Positions 29,901 to 40,247 of a stretch of 64,000 nucleotides of DNA are shown here, piece by piece; position 1 is the stretch's first letter; every line of letters begins with the position of its first letter. Below the pieces are notes generated by a model that worked only from the letters and a program-made list of their open reading frames with translations, was not told the origin of the DNA and did no database searches. Position numbers and translations under genes: made by a program. This DNA comes from Escherichia phage EscoHU1, in the sequence record NC_133119.1; one strand, written 5' to 3'.

Positions 29901-30002
29901 ATTACCTAAAACTACTGTATATTTAGGATACTTACTAGCAGTAGTTGTAGTGTCATCTATGTTCAGAATCTGCTGTACAATAATTTTAGTTTTAAGTGCC
30001 AT
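26940..30002 (-). CDS. L-shaped tail fibre protein A (LtfA / pb1-like) with C-terminal intramolecular chaperone domain
   Basis: 1020 aa; Ala/Glu-rich N-terminal coiled region; C-terminal SDRDLKKEIVYTD...GLIAQDL. Confidence 0.8.
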   Translation of the reverse strand: MALKTKIIVQQILNIDDTTTTASKYPKYTVVLGNSISSITASELTAAVEASAASAAAAKDSEIAAKESETNAKDSENLAAIYATSSETSATQSAESAAEAERQAGLSQKSAEASATSAEESKGFRNSAELAAQNAETSRRLAEQAKTAAQQAQTAAETAKTGAETAKAGAEAAATTAGEHAASAKQSELNAKESETNAAGSAVEAGDKAVDATTEANRAKAEADRAAQIVDSKLDKEDISGFIKVYKTKAEADADVANRVLGEKILVWNQTDSKYGWYKVAGTAEAPVLELVEIEQKLVSINNVHADDAGNVQITLPGGNPSLWLGEVTWFPYDKDSGVGYPGVLPADGREVLRVDYPDTWEAIEAGLIPSVTEEQWQAGATLYFSTGDGSTTFRLPDMMQGQAFRAPTKGEEDAGAIKEQIPYITTVNGIGPADDTGAIKLPYVAMVNGTIRPDESGNISLGNVVTKNVWDGINGEVLLRGAFGLGGAGLTLNEPDLVSLFKAMRAFGSGYYRNDTGIGGLPSYSAGFYSKTADTHSFICPQYSSGIVFVGTINDNQLDGENPTIHTNILYGSANKPDLNNDTQGILAINNGGTGATNAADARANIELGEVNTPTFAQVAASLYNGFNSGLFYMRNHDASRNLISYSSIYNELQSGVAKTTIRTTNSTADKTAFYQFDENGQFSAQKIKIGANYSFTMEGGEQNNLQLYAGASVPLDDWANFTRYNWYNDMSLSGAVRSGSDKIKCHRLRVYSPGIDGTDFDFYPQGYLQTRAVNAGALYNNHGWGIEASQSGNAIPYNTISTVNNDGSFSPVVAGGTSTPNGYNIRFAIGMLSPGAQGWSRTILKLLGDNDKHRGFEFNVNGTFSTWANSPGDMWGVGYDFAKNPTSDRDLKKEIVYTDGKESYDRVMQWLPTMFKYNGSDIQRFGLIAQDLLKIDPQYVKLVPGSPVFEDVIGVDENGEEYIDRQIETDRNDDTLALDSNVILTDMACAMVYMGNKMNKLEQELEQLKQAVTSLTSL

Positions 30003-30424
30003 TATTGAGTTACTCCATCGCTGATGTATACTTTACCTTCCATAATACGGAAAGAACTGACTTCAGAGCCAATTACATCACGAGTCATTAGGATATCATA
30101 ATAACCAGCAAAACGTTGTCTTGGGTTATACTTATCACGTTCTTTAGATGCTTTTTCACCAATATTAGTAACGTCTGCAACGGAAAGACTAATTGCAGCA
30201 GCACCTTGAGCAGCATCAATAACACGAGTTTTAAAGTTAGCTAGAACCTCGGCGTTCTCATCTAAACTAGATTTAATAGTTCCTCGGAGTGAATACCCCG
30301 TCAAATTAACAGGAACTTCTGTTGGTGGATATACACTATCATCAACATCCATAAATTGCATGATAAGACCATAAGGTACTTTTTCATCAACAACAATATC
30401 AATAACTCGGTTTTCTGTACTCAT
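30002..30424 (-). CDS. tail collar protein (T5 p132-like)
   Basis: 140 aa; position between pb4-like and fibre genes; stop overlaps fibre start. Confidence 0.6.
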   Translation of the reverse strand: MSTENRVIDIVVDEKVPYGLIMQFMDVDDSVYPPTEVPVNLTGYSLRGTIKSSLDENAEVLANFKTRVIDAAQGAAAISLSVADVTNIGEKASKERDKYNPRQRFAGYYDILMTRDVIGSEVSSFRIMEGKVYISDGVTQ

Positions 30425-30429
30425 TATAA

Positions 30430-32487
30430 TTACCTTATATGGATATACCCACTATTTAGGTCTATCTTCATCTTGTAGTATGCTTCAGGATTCCCTGATA
30501 ATGCAGCATTTCTATCGTAGATTATATTAACACCGATTTGCGATAAGAAGGCATTTCCTGCCACAATCTTATCCGCAGTAACAGTTCCATTAACAATCAT
30601 ATTGCCATGAAGAACCATTGCAGGGTTAATCCATCCAGCCCCGTTCCATTGACGGGTAAATGCTGTTTGTGGAGCATTACTGTTAAATTGTGTTAGAACA
30701 TCGTATTTAACCGGAGGTTTTCCAAAGTTATTTTGAAAGAATGCATTAGCCTGTCCATCATCCCAACCACCTAATCCAGGAATACCCATGGAGTACATCC
30801 CAGGACCACGCTGTCCATCATGTCCTATAGTACCTTCAGTACCACTCCACTGAACTACATCAGACCAGCTAGTACCTTCAAGAAGTTTGTTAGTAACTGG
30901 ATCAAGTGTACCTGTAGTCGCATAGATATTTTGTGTCATATCTGTACGGTTAGGTGGAGTTTTTGACCAACCAGGAGGCGGATAATCTTGTTCTAGCGGT
31001 TTGGCCGGTAAAGATGTTGCTAACTTATAAACAAATACTGTTTGTTTACCTTGTAAACCAGTCCCAATATCTACGTCACCATTTGGCGTTCCAATTACTA
31101 CACCACTAGAGATACGCAGAGTAGTACCATCATAACGTATCCATTGTGTAGCATTACCAATGTCTAATTTAGCTTTGGCAGAGGTATTATCCATACCCAT
31201 CCAAATACCAGAGTTATTATCTCCCCAAGATTTACCTTGAGTGTAAATTGCTGGATTATCTTTACCAGACAAGTTAGTCATAATAAAGTTTGCAGCATTA
31301 ATATCTCTAGTAATTACTTTACCATCAACGTTAACCACACGATTTATAGGATCGAAAGAGATAGGTGCTTTTCCTTCTTCATCTAGCAGACCAATGTTAA
31401 TAGCACCAGTAGCTGCATCAATTAAGAATGTCTGTCTCCAGATTTCTCCATCTTTCATACTACCCTTAATAAAGGCGTAGTTAACATCAATACCCGTCTC
31501 ATTGACAAAGCTATTGTCTAGGGGAGTATCTTCATTCAGAATAAATGTTACAGGAGCTGATTCTGTTATATCTTGTTTGTTTGGTCCCCAGGCAATTGAT
31601 GATACCTTAAAAGTATGGTCAACTTTCCATGGGAATGATATAATCGTTGCAGCTCTAGCAGCGCCCACGTTTATCTTTTGAGCTTTAGCCCATCCGGTTT
31701 TAGCGTATTCCTCGGAGTTTATATAAGTAACCAAGAACTCACGAACGTTAGCACCAGCACCACGTTCCCAGTTCCACTCAATTCTAACATCATATCGTTC
31801 TTTACCATCAGCAATTCGTGCAGCTTTAAAAACAATATCGATAGGTGCAGTAGGAGGAACAAAGTTATAGGCTACAGTTAGAATATTAGGGAACTCATAG
31901 TATCCAGAAGAATCAACTGTAATACCATCAGGCATAGTTACTTGACCAGATATTCTGATCTTATAATCTCCGATAGGAACTCCACCAAATTTAATAGTAG
32001 AACCTAAAGCCCCAATGTAATACTTAGTCCAAGGACTATCTTCAGTAGCTGTACTTTTCAACTCAATAGTACAGTAACTTGCTTCACCAGTTGTTTCCAC
32101 AACAACTATCGGTGCGCCTACCCCAACATCCACGGGTTCTGACTCAGATCTTGCTGTAACAATTATTGGCTTCTCTTTTGTTTTAAAGTTAGTTTCATTA
32201 GAGAGGTTAATACCAATTTTTGCATTTAAAAGTTCTGAGTCAATAATTGAGTCATAAAAAGCTCCCTGAACCTGATAGGTAGTTGAGGGAGTTAAATTAT
32301 TGATCATAACAAAGAAAGTGTCGATTCCAGTGAAATCTCTTCTATCCACTTCTTCGCCAAGTTTAAGCCAGAATGATCTACCGATAACATCGTAGTCGGT
32401 ATAGATAGAATGCTGGATATACGCCATCGTATATCCAGTCATAATACTATTTAAGACCATCTTGGCTGGTGCATTATTCGAAATCAT
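30430..32487 (-). CDS. central tail fibre protein (T5 pb4-like)
   Basis: 685 aa; size and position match T5 pb4. Confidence 0.7.
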   Translation of the reverse strand: MISNNAPAKMVLNSIMTGYTMAYIQHSIYTDYDVIGRSFWLKLGEEVDRRDFTGIDTFFVMINNLTPSTTYQVQGAFYDSIIDSELLNAKIGINLSNETNFKTKEKPIIVTARSESEPVDVGVGAPIVVVETTGEASYCTIELKSTATEDSPWTKYYIGALGSTIKFGGVPIGDYKIRISGQVTMPDGITVDSSGYYEFPNILTVAYNFVPPTAPIDIVFKAARIADGKERYDVRIEWNWERGAGANVREFLVTYINSEEYAKTGWAKAQKINVGAARAATIISFPWKVDHTFKVSSIAWGPNKQDITESAPVTFILNEDTPLDNSFVNETGIDVNYAFIKGSMKDGEIWRQTFLIDAATGAINIGLLDEEGKAPISFDPINRVVNVDGKVITRDINAANFIMTNLSGKDNPAIYTQGKSWGDNNSGIWMGMDNTSAKAKLDIGNATQWIRYDGTTLRISSGVVIGTPNGDVDIGTGLQGKQTVFVYKLATSLPAKPLEQDYPPPGWSKTPPNRTDMTQNIYATTGTLDPVTNKLLEGTSWSDVVQWSGTEGTIGHDGQRGPGMYSMGIPGLGGWDDGQANAFFQNNFGKPPVKYDVLTQFNSNAPQTAFTRQWNGAGWINPAMVLHGNMIVNGTVTADKIVAGNAFLSQIGVNIIYDRNAALSGNPEAYYKMKIDLNSGYIHIR

Positions 32488-35337
32488 TTAAATAGATGCC
32501 CAATCCACAGATTGCTCGCCATTATCACCTTCTGCTCTTATACGGAAGCGTAACTTCCTATTAATACCCAGAGCATCCTCGTTATGAAGAGCGTAGTCTG
32601 CCTTATTGTATATCAGTAGATAATCGTAGACATACTGATCTTCAATTCGTACACTTCTTAATAAACGATCTAGGTTATCGTAGATTTCGAGAGTGTAGAA
32701 GATTCCATCAATGATATCTTCTTCTGGAATTCTATCCCAGGCCAACTTAACATCTGGTCCCACAAACTCCGATGCATCTCCTGAGGCTGTATTAGTAACC
32801 CTGAAGTTACTAACGACGCTTAAGTTTTTAGCAGAGTTAAGTTCTACCGATAATGTTACAGGAGAACTTCGTCTACCATTAATATCTACAGCTCTAATCT
32901 CAAAGACTGCTAAACCAGCAGGTTCTCCAATAATTTCTTGGATCATTCGTAGATTTGGATTAGTTTCTAGTTGCTGTACGATATAAGGATCAGCATGTCC
33001 TGAGTGAACGATGGAGTAATAAACAACATTATTAGTTAAGCTAGGAAACCAAGATAACTCACCATTCTTACCAATAGATCCTACTTGTCCACCCGGTGTT
33101 GGTGTATACATAAAGTCTCTAGGAGGCAGTACGTTATTACTAACATCAGGAATATCGTTACCACTATTATCAACCTGCTCGGAGTTAATGAATACATCCT
33201 CACCATACTCTTGCAGTGTAATATTAATCTTACCTTCTCTAGAGTTTTCAACTTCATCAACTAGGAAGTATTTCTTATCCCAACCATAACGATCATATGT
33301 AAAAGCAATCGGATCGTTAGGCTCAATGCCTATGAAATGATATGGTAATGAGAATGTGAGAGTTCGTGAGTAACGAGACTTTTTCAGTTCTCTATCTGCA
33401 AAGCTACGTGCAGTATAGTAGTTAGTAATGTTTGCAAAAGAAAGCTGAAGTTTTTTATCTAACCCTTTATCTTGTTCTTTAAATATAGAGTTAAAGAATG
33501 TAATGGAGTTAGTTTTCCAGCTTAATGCGGGATCTAATATAGAGGCTTGTACTGAGTTGAATTTATTTCTACCAGTAGTATCTGATAGCTCCAGATCACC
33601 ATAGGTATCTAAGAAGTCAATCTCCAATGGAGTACTCGAGAACTTCTCAACAGTTATTCTATACTGGCCAGATAAGTTGTTGATAGCACCACCATAAGAC
33701 TCTATTAATCCCTGCACGTTTTTAAATACTGACTCAGAGGTATCGAGAATAGTATTCATTTGAACTATTTGTCTATTCTCTCCTACAGCATCAGTCCAAC
33801 CAACGTATCTCCAATAGGGTTGCCAAGAAACCTGGTAGGATTCATCAATGATATCCAGAATAGCTGCTTCTTGAATTAATTGCTGGAGAGGGAACTGATC
33901 AATAGTGATATTAGCACCGTAGCGGTCAGAGGTTAGGTAGTCCAGAGTTTGCCAGATACCATTTAAGCTAGTCTTATCAGCAGTTACTCTACCATCTGAA
34001 TGATAGATCTTAATCTTCTTACCTTGAACTTCAGCGCTAACTTCTGGAATTTCTGTTCTGTTTTCATTAATAGTAAAGCGAACAATAGCATAAGCAGTAT
34101 CTAACAGTTTATAACGAGAGTCCCAGTATTCCGGTCCATTCTCATTCATGTTCTGTAGATAGAAACCTTTCTCTTTTGCAATGTTAACTAGAACATCAGC
34201 AGCAGATTGATCAGCCTTACCATGATAAGTCCAGATACGGATATCTCCATTACCATCATTATACTTATATTCCTGTCCATGAACAGAAGGTTCAGAGCTT
34301 GGTTGACCAGAAGCAATACGTTGCATGGTATCACCAGCTACTTTCTTAGTACCAAAGCAAGTACGAGACTTACTATCATTAGGATCAATACAGATCATTG
34401 GTACATCACCAAAGTAGAAATCTAGGAATCCATCAATCTCACCCTCACAGAAGGCGTACACTACATATACGATATTAGGGTTATGCAGTTCAGTATCTGC
34501 AAATACTGGGATTCCAGGAATTTTCTGAACTCCATATACTACTGGCAGGAATTTAGCAGCTAAGTTAAAATCAAGATCTACTTCCTTAGTTACAGTCTCA
34601 TAGTATTTCTTTAGACTATAGCTTCTAGAAAGACCAAATAACTTTTTCTTAGATTGTAACTTATAACGTTCTTCCTGAACCTGATACTTAGCAAGAATAG
34701 AAATACTCTTGTTAGCGTGGAAGAACCCGTAGTCTTCTTGATATTCAGGTCGCTTAGCACCATTAGACGGAACTAATTGGCCGGCAACAATCTCAAGCCC
34801 TCTATGGTCAGCATCATCTGTGAAACGTCCATTTACTCTATCAAAGTCATAGAATTGGTTTGAACAGTTCCATGTAATAACGGATGTACTAACTCCGGAA
34901 GTACCAATGTTATCCTTAATACCACCACCAGTAATTTTACCACGGAAGTAAAGTAAAGGACCATTAGTGTCTGGATCTACAGGAAGAATGTTACCTTCTT
35001 CATCAATAACCGCTTGATGGATTGAAATAGATCTATCTAGGAAGGATACACCATTTTGGACTAGTTTTAATACTTCATCCTCAGCAGTACCTGTGATAGT
35101 AAAAGAAAGGCTACCAATGGAAAGTTTTCTATTTTGTTTATGTGTTGTTATAGACTTAACTTTACCGGATGTGTAAAGAATACCATTATAAATTACATCC
35201 CTAAAATAGTCTGTAAGATAAATGTACGCAGAACTTGATCCGGTAGAGCTTGGCAATTCAAGAGTAATAAGGCATGCAGTTTTTATTTTATTATTGGTTC
35301 TTAGATACTCTCTTGCACTGTCAAGAATTTTCTTCAT
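32488..35337 (-). CDS. baseplate hub protein (T5 pb3-like)
   Basis: 949 aa; size and position match T5 pb3. Confidence 0.8.
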   Translation of the reverse strand: MKKILDSAREYLRTNNKIKTACLITLELPSSTGSSSAYIYLTDYFRDVIYNGILYTSGKVKSITTHKQNRKLSIGSLSFTITGTAEDEVLKLVQNGVSFLDRSISIHQAVIDEEGNILPVDPDTNGPLLYFRGKITGGGIKDNIGTSGVSTSVITWNCSNQFYDFDRVNGRFTDDADHRGLEIVAGQLVPSNGAKRPEYQEDYGFFHANKSISILAKYQVQEERYKLQSKKKLFGLSRSYSLKKYYETVTKEVDLDFNLAAKFLPVVYGVQKIPGIPVFADTELHNPNIVYVVYAFCEGEIDGFLDFYFGDVPMICIDPNDSKSRTCFGTKKVAGDTMQRIASGQPSSEPSVHGQEYKYNDGNGDIRIWTYHGKADQSAADVLVNIAKEKGFYLQNMNENGPEYWDSRYKLLDTAYAIVRFTINENRTEIPEVSAEVQGKKIKIYHSDGRVTADKTSLNGIWQTLDYLTSDRYGANITIDQFPLQQLIQEAAILDIIDESYQVSWQPYWRYVGWTDAVGENRQIVQMNTILDTSESVFKNVQGLIESYGGAINNLSGQYRITVEKFSSTPLEIDFLDTYGDLELSDTTGRNKFNSVQASILDPALSWKTNSITFFNSIFKEQDKGLDKKLQLSFANITNYYTARSFADRELKKSRYSRTLTFSLPYHFIGIEPNDPIAFTYDRYGWDKKYFLVDEVENSREGKINITLQEYGEDVFINSEQVDNSGNDIPDVSNNVLPPRDFMYTPTPGGQVGSIGKNGELSWFPSLTNNVVYYSIVHSGHADPYIVQQLETNPNLRMIQEIIGEPAGLAVFEIRAVDINGRRSSPVTLSVELNSAKNLSVVSNFRVTNTASGDASEFVGPDVKLAWDRIPEEDIIDGIFYTLEIYDNLDRLLRSVRIEDQYVYDYLLIYNKADYALHNEDALGINRKLRFRIRAEGDNGEQSVDWASI

Positions 35338-35948
35338 AGACTTTCCCTCAAGGAAAGTGAAATACCAGTATATGTACCATTGCTATTTAACGTAGAGCCG
35401 AAGCTGTCTCCGTTCATTAATTTAGTTCTAAATAGAATACCATTAAATACCGGTTTCTCACTACCCGTAGTAGTAATGAATAGATCAGGGTAAACACTTA
35501 TATTCCAAGTATTTCCTGCTGTGTTGATAGAGGTGATTTTGTACACTTTTGGATGGTTGGACAATTTAAATAAATCACCTGGTTTAGGCAGTCCACGAAG
35601 TGTACCCTTAGTGTCCATAATAACTGTTGAACCTTTTTGTCCAGCAGGAATATTTACAGCACTAGTATCACCATGAACTCGGAAAGCTTCATATTGTGGT
35701 AATAACACATCAATATAGCTACCTGTTCTTTTATAATCTAGAATGAATGAGTCTAATTTAGCAAATTCATCTGGGAATAATTCTGGATAAGAGATATTAA
35801 TACCCCAATATTGAGCAGACACCTTAACCTCCCTAACTTTACCATTAGGTAATTCATCACGAATCATAGGGTCATTGTCTACTAAGTTAACGCTTTCAAA
35901 ACCTAACCCTGATAGCTCTGGGTTCGTGTATGGGTCTGGTAGTCTCAT
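35334..35948 (-). CDS. distal tail protein (T5 pb9-like)
   Basis: 204 aa; size and position match T5 pb9. Confidence 0.7.
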   Translation of the reverse strand: MRLPDPYTNPELSGLGFESVNLVDNDPMIRDELPNGKVREVKVSAQYWGINISYPELFPDEFAKLDSFILDYKRTGSYIDVLLPQYEAFRVHGDTSAVNIPAGQKGSTVIMDTKGTLRGLPKPGDLFKLSNHPKVYKITSINTAGNTWNISVYPDLFITTTGSEKPVFNGILFRTKLMNGDSFGSTLNSNGTYTGISLSLRESL

Positions 35949-35974
35949 AGTTAATTTCTCCTCTTAATAACAAT

Positions 35975-36003
35975 ATTATAATAGTATTGGAAAATTTTAT
36001 CAA
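35975..36003 (-). promoter_or_regulatory. sigma70-like promoter on minus strand upstream of pb9-like gene
   Basis: minus-strand TTGATA (plus 35998-36003), 17-bp spacer, TATAAT (plus 35975-35980). Confidence 0.45.
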
Positions 36004-36020
36004 GAAATTTTTATTTTTCC

Positions 36021-36052
36021 ATAAAGAAAAGGAGGACATAAAGTCCTCCTCC
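36021..36052 (-). terminator. rho-independent terminator after tape-measure gene
   Basis: minus-strand GGAGGAC-TTTAT-GTCCTCC followed by TTTTCTTTAT. Confidence 0.6.
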
Positions 36053-36056
36053 AGTA

Positions 36057-39000
36057 TTAAGAATTACCAAGTGATTTCAGGGTGGTTCCATTCTCATTAA
36101 GAGCCTGTTCCACGGCATCCCTGAAAGCAGCACTGTTGCTCGAAGCAAAGTCTCGGAAGCTAGCCGCATCCATCGTACTAATGTTCAACACAATAGGTCT
36201 ACCCGATGTACCCTTTGAAGATCCTTTGAGTTCATCAGTAGGAGTAGCCTTCATCGGAACCATAGGAGTGATTACTTCGGTACCATGCTCACCCATCTGG
36301 TAACTAACTCCAGGATACATATTACCACCTTCTGCACGAGGTACGAAAGAGTTAGCATTACCAATCCCTTGATCTCCTCGAATATAAGAAAGTTCGCCTG
36401 CATTAGCCGACATAGAAACGTCTACGTTCTTCTGGCGCTCTCCAAGAGTTAAGTAACCAGCTGTCTCAGCACCAGAGTCTCCAATAGAAGACATACCAGA
36501 TGCAGAGGATGCTTGAGCAAGAGCCATAGCACCTGCTAAACCAGCCGCAACCATCAGAGGAATAGAGAATGGATACGGAACAGCTGTTGCTGCTTGCATC
36601 ACCGCTACTGCTGTCTGGATAATGATTTGCTTCTTAGCTGCATCTTGCTGGATCTTGAGCTTTTCAGCCTCTAACTTCTTGATCTTAGCTTTGGATTGCT
36701 CAGATTTACCATCACGTTTCTGTTCTGCTGCAATAGCTGCATCAATAGCACTTACCTGTTGACCAACACTATACTGAATCATTGAAGACACAGTTTGCAT
36801 ACCAGCCGCTACTAGAGAAGTGGTATCCAGAGATCCTTGTGAGAACTGGATCATAGCGTTAGTTAGGTTACCCATGCTTTGTGCTACAGCGGTTGCTTCG
36901 GAGTTCAGTTCAGACAGCTTAGAAATAGCCTGGTCATAGGACGCCATTCTATTCTGCATATCCATATTTGCTTTATCATCTCCTTCCAGTCCAGTTGTTG
37001 GAGTGTAAACACCACCAACAGAAGAAGTGACTTGCTGCTGCATCTGAGCATCACGTTGCATCTTGAGCTGTGCTAGAGCTGCCGAAGTTTCTTGGATCTT
37101 ACGCTTGTACTCTTCCTGAGCTTGTGCATTTCCTTTTGTAATTTCCAGTAAACTTTGGTACAGAGCTTGCTGTTCAGTTAGTCTCTGAGATTCCCCAGTA
37201 ACGTTTCTGCTAGTCTGTGAAATATTGAGAGCTCTTTCACGTCCAGAAGCCATTTCCCTCTGCTGATCCTGACGGAACTTCCAGATTTCACGTTCAATCT
37301 GTGCCTGAGCACGTCTTGATTGTTCTGCTTCTTTCTGTTTATCTGCCTGTTTAGTATACCATGCGTACTTCTCTTTCTCGACAGTCAGTTCAAGATTCAA
37401 CTGAGCTAAACGATATTGAGTATCCGTCATAGTACGATTATTCAGGAGAGCAATTTCACGATCAACACCAAGAATCTTATCCGTATAGTCCTTAACCTTC
37501 TTCTGAGCTTCCATACCCTGGTTAGTAACTTTGATACGTTCTAACTGAATCTTAGCTATCTCATTCTCGATTGCTTTGTTACCTTTGTTAGTTTCTAGGA
37601 CACGCTTAAGAGCTGCTTCCTGTTCTTCTAACTGTTGGATTTCCAGACGTCTACCAGCTTCCTGTGCTTTCTCCTTGTCCTTAGTCTGGTTATACACTTC
37701 GGCAATCTTCTGCTGAACTTCTAACTGATTCTTAGTCTCATTACCAGTTAATTTTACATATCCAGCAAGAGCTTGTGAAGCAGTCTTCATCTCACTAAGA
37801 GTATTATATCCTAAGTTCAGACTCTTAACATACTCATCAGCATTTTTACCAGTACCAGCAGAAAGAGACTCAATAGTCTTAATCGTATCTGATAGAGATG
37901 CACTAGTTTTAGCCGCAGTATTAGTATTCTGAGCAATGTTCTGGATATCGTTAGCTAAGTCACTAGCAGTTTTCTTAGCCTGGTCATATGCTTTCTGCTG
38001 TTCTGTCAATCCTTTCAGAGTTGCAGAGTTAAAGTCATAAACCGCATCAGGATCATTCATATCCTTCTGCAGATTAATCTGCTTCTGGAATTCTGGATTA
38101 GCCTTAGCAGCTGCAGCACCAGCAGCTTGATATGCAGATTTCCATGCACCTAAGTTATCGGTTGAATCAGTAACTTCCTTATCCAAACGTTCTACTTGGA
38201 GTGCCATAGCCGCAGTTTCAGCTACGAACTTCTTATTTTCTTCTGAAGCACCAAGAGCAGCAGCACTTACCGGAACACCTTGAGCCACAGAACGAATTGC
38301 ACCTGCAGTAAAGAAGTCAGCCTGTTCCATACGCTTGTCTAGATCAGCTTTTAACTTATTACGCTTTTCCAGAGATTCTTTATACATATCAAGAGCTTTA
38401 TTATACCCTTCCTCAGAAGCGGAAAGACTTAAAGCTACAGCACCAACGTTAGTTGGGTCAATCTGACGGTTAGTTTCTTCCTGTGCTCTAGCAGCAGAAG
38501 CTGAGATAGATGCTTGAGAAGTATAGAATACTGCGTTGATAGAATCAATTACCGGCCCTAAATACTTAGCAGCAGCCTGTTGAACCTTTCTTAGGGCAGC
38601 ATCAGCATTAGCAGCAAACTGTTCCCATGGAGTTGCACGAAGTACGTCATCCAAGTAGCCGAAACGTTTAGTAGATTCAGCGATTACTGCGTTAGCATAT
38701 GCTTGTTGCTTTTGGAAAGTGGAAAGACTATTGACGTTATACGTAATACCTGTGTTAGCAGCATTTAACTGTTTAACGTAGTCAGCGTAAGCATCATTAA
38801 GACGAATAGTAACACCAAGTTCGTCCAGAAGTTCGATTTCTTGTTTAGATACACCCTTGATTACACGGTTAAGTGCATCAGTCATATCAACACCAAGAAC
38901 AGCAGCAGCACGACGAGCTACTAGACCAAATTTATTAAGTTGTTCAGCATCGAATCCATATGCAGAAGCAGAGGATGCTTGTCTCATTGCTTCTTCGAAG

Positions 39001-39737
39001 GAGATTGCATAACCAGCAGCCTCTTGTAGAGATCTAGCTAGAGTTTGTACCGGAGTACCTGTTTGAGTACCAACAATAGTACCAAACTTCTCAAGACGGT
39101 TTAACTGGTCACCCATCTTAAGTTGTTCGAATGCAGATTGTAGAACGAACACGTTAGATGCGATAGCAGCGTACATAAGAGGTAAACCACCACCCACTTT
39201 AGCCATAGCTGCAAAGTCACGAGTTGCACCACGTGCTGAACCAGAAGTATTACCAATTGCACGACTAGCACGTCCTGCAGCGGTAGTTGTATCATTAAAG
39301 CCTCTAGCAGTATTACCTAGTGCTCGGTTAGTATCATATAATCTATCTTGAACTTTTTCAGTTGCAGCAGCTACATCGTTACCCATCGCCTTAACAGATT
39401 TACCAACGTGTGTAAATCCAGACTCTAGCTTATCGGATACCTCGATCATAGCAATAGCAAGGTCATCTAACTTAGCACCAATACTATCCATAGATTTGGT
39501 GATACCAGTCATGCCTCTACTAGCCTGCATTTTAGTTAGACTTTTAGCTGCTCTATCCGCCGCCCTCTCAATGGAGTAAAGAGTTTTGGGCATTTTTCCT
39601 AACTGCTCATTAGTCAGTTCGGAAGCGGCAGCAGCATTTTCTAACGCATCGGAAACGTTCTCAATAGATTTTGCAGTACGGGTTGCCCCTTTCTGCTTTA
39701 CATCTATAAGTAGTTCTCGTATTAGCTTATCAGTCAT
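36057..39737 (-). CDS. tail tape measure protein (T5 pb2-like)
   Basis: 1226 aa; long coiled-coil-rich protein; position upstream of pb9-like gene. Confidence 0.85.
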   Translation of the reverse strand: MTDKLIRELLIDVKQKGATRTAKSIENVSDALENAAAASELTNEQLGKMPKTLYSIERAADRAAKSLTKMQASRGMTGITKSMDSIGAKLDDLAIAMIEVSDKLESGFTHVGKSVKAMGNDVAAATEKVQDRLYDTNRALGNTARGFNDTTTAAGRASRAIGNTSGSARGATRDFAAMAKVGGGLPLMYAAIASNVFVLQSAFEQLKMGDQLNRLEKFGTIVGTQTGTPVQTLARSLQEAAGYAISFEEAMRQASSASAYGFDAEQLNKFGLVARRAAAVLGVDMTDALNRVIKGVSKQEIELLDELGVTIRLNDAYADYVKQLNAANTGITYNVNSLSTFQKQQAYANAVIAESTKRFGYLDDVLRATPWEQFAANADAALRKVQQAAAKYLGPVIDSINAVFYTSQASISASAARAQEETNRQIDPTNVGAVALSLSASEEGYNKALDMYKESLEKRNKLKADLDKRMEQADFFTAGAIRSVAQGVPVSAAALGASEENKKFVAETAAMALQVERLDKEVTDSTDNLGAWKSAYQAAGAAAAKANPEFQKQINLQKDMNDPDAVYDFNSATLKGLTEQQKAYDQAKKTASDLANDIQNIAQNTNTAAKTSASLSDTIKTIESLSAGTGKNADEYVKSLNLGYNTLSEMKTASQALAGYVKLTGNETKNQLEVQQKIAEVYNQTKDKEKAQEAGRRLEIQQLEEQEAALKRVLETNKGNKAIENEIAKIQLERIKVTNQGMEAQKKVKDYTDKILGVDREIALLNNRTMTDTQYRLAQLNLELTVEKEKYAWYTKQADKQKEAEQSRRAQAQIEREIWKFRQDQQREMASGRERALNISQTSRNVTGESQRLTEQQALYQSLLEITKGNAQAQEEYKRKIQETSAALAQLKMQRDAQMQQQVTSSVGGVYTPTTGLEGDDKANMDMQNRMASYDQAISKLSELNSEATAVAQSMGNLTNAMIQFSQGSLDTTSLVAAGMQTVSSMIQYSVGQQVSAIDAAIAAEQKRDGKSEQSKAKIKKLEAEKLKIQQDAAKKQIIIQTAVAVMQAATAVPYPFSIPLMVAAGLAGAMALAQASSASGMSSIGDSGAETAGYLTLGERQKNVDVSMSANAGELSYIRGDQGIGNANSFVPRAEGGNMYPGVSYQMGEHGTEVITPMVPMKATPTDELKGSSKGTSGRPIVLNISTMDAASFRDFASSNSAAFRDAVEQALNENGTTLKSLGNS

Positions 39738-39751
39738 TTATTTTTCCCAAT

Positions 39752-39782
39752 AAAAAAGGCTCTGGGCAAATCACCCAGAGCC
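39752..39782 (-). terminator. rho-independent terminator directly upstream of tape-measure start
   Basis: minus-strand GGCTCTGGG-TGATTTG-CCCAGAGCC followed by TTTTTT, ~15 nt before the start codon. Confidence 0.6.
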
Positions 39783-39817
39783 AAGCCTCATCGTGGAACG
39801 CCCATTGGAGGAAACTT

Positions 39818-40186
39818 TTACTGAGCTCGAGATCTAGCATGTGGTTTAATGTTCGGGGTACGACCATTAGGTTTACTATGCTTCTCGGCTCTCTTACGAG
39901 CTGCATCTACAGCTTTCGAATCAAATATATTGATGATGTGTAGAACAAACTCTTTCTCTATAGGATCAGTAATCCCATAGATATCAAATAAAACACCTAG
40001 TGCACTTTTGTCTTTTCCTATAAAGATAGGAAAGTCACCTGGTATGAAACAGTCAATAAGACTATTATAAATATTCATACTAGTAGATACAATAGGTGGA
40101 AAATCTTCGAGTTCAACAGGCATTGCCTTAGGATCAGGTTCAATACCTAGAGACTCGCAAAGCATTAAATATTGTTGTTTTGTCAT
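39818..40186 (-). CDS. hypothetical protein (possible tail assembly chaperone)
   Basis: 122 aa; position between tube-side genes and tape measure. Confidence 0.45.
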   Translation of the reverse strand: MTKQQYLMLCESLGIEPDPKAMPVELEDFPPIVSTSMNIYNSLIDCFIPGDFPIFIGKDKSALGVLFDIYGITDPIEKEFVLHIINIFDSKAVDAARKRAEKHSKPNGRTPNIKPHARSRAQ

Positions 40187-40247
40187 TTTAGATGCTGAGG
40201 ATTTAATGCATTTATCTGCAAAATCGGCAACAGCATCTAGTAACTGC

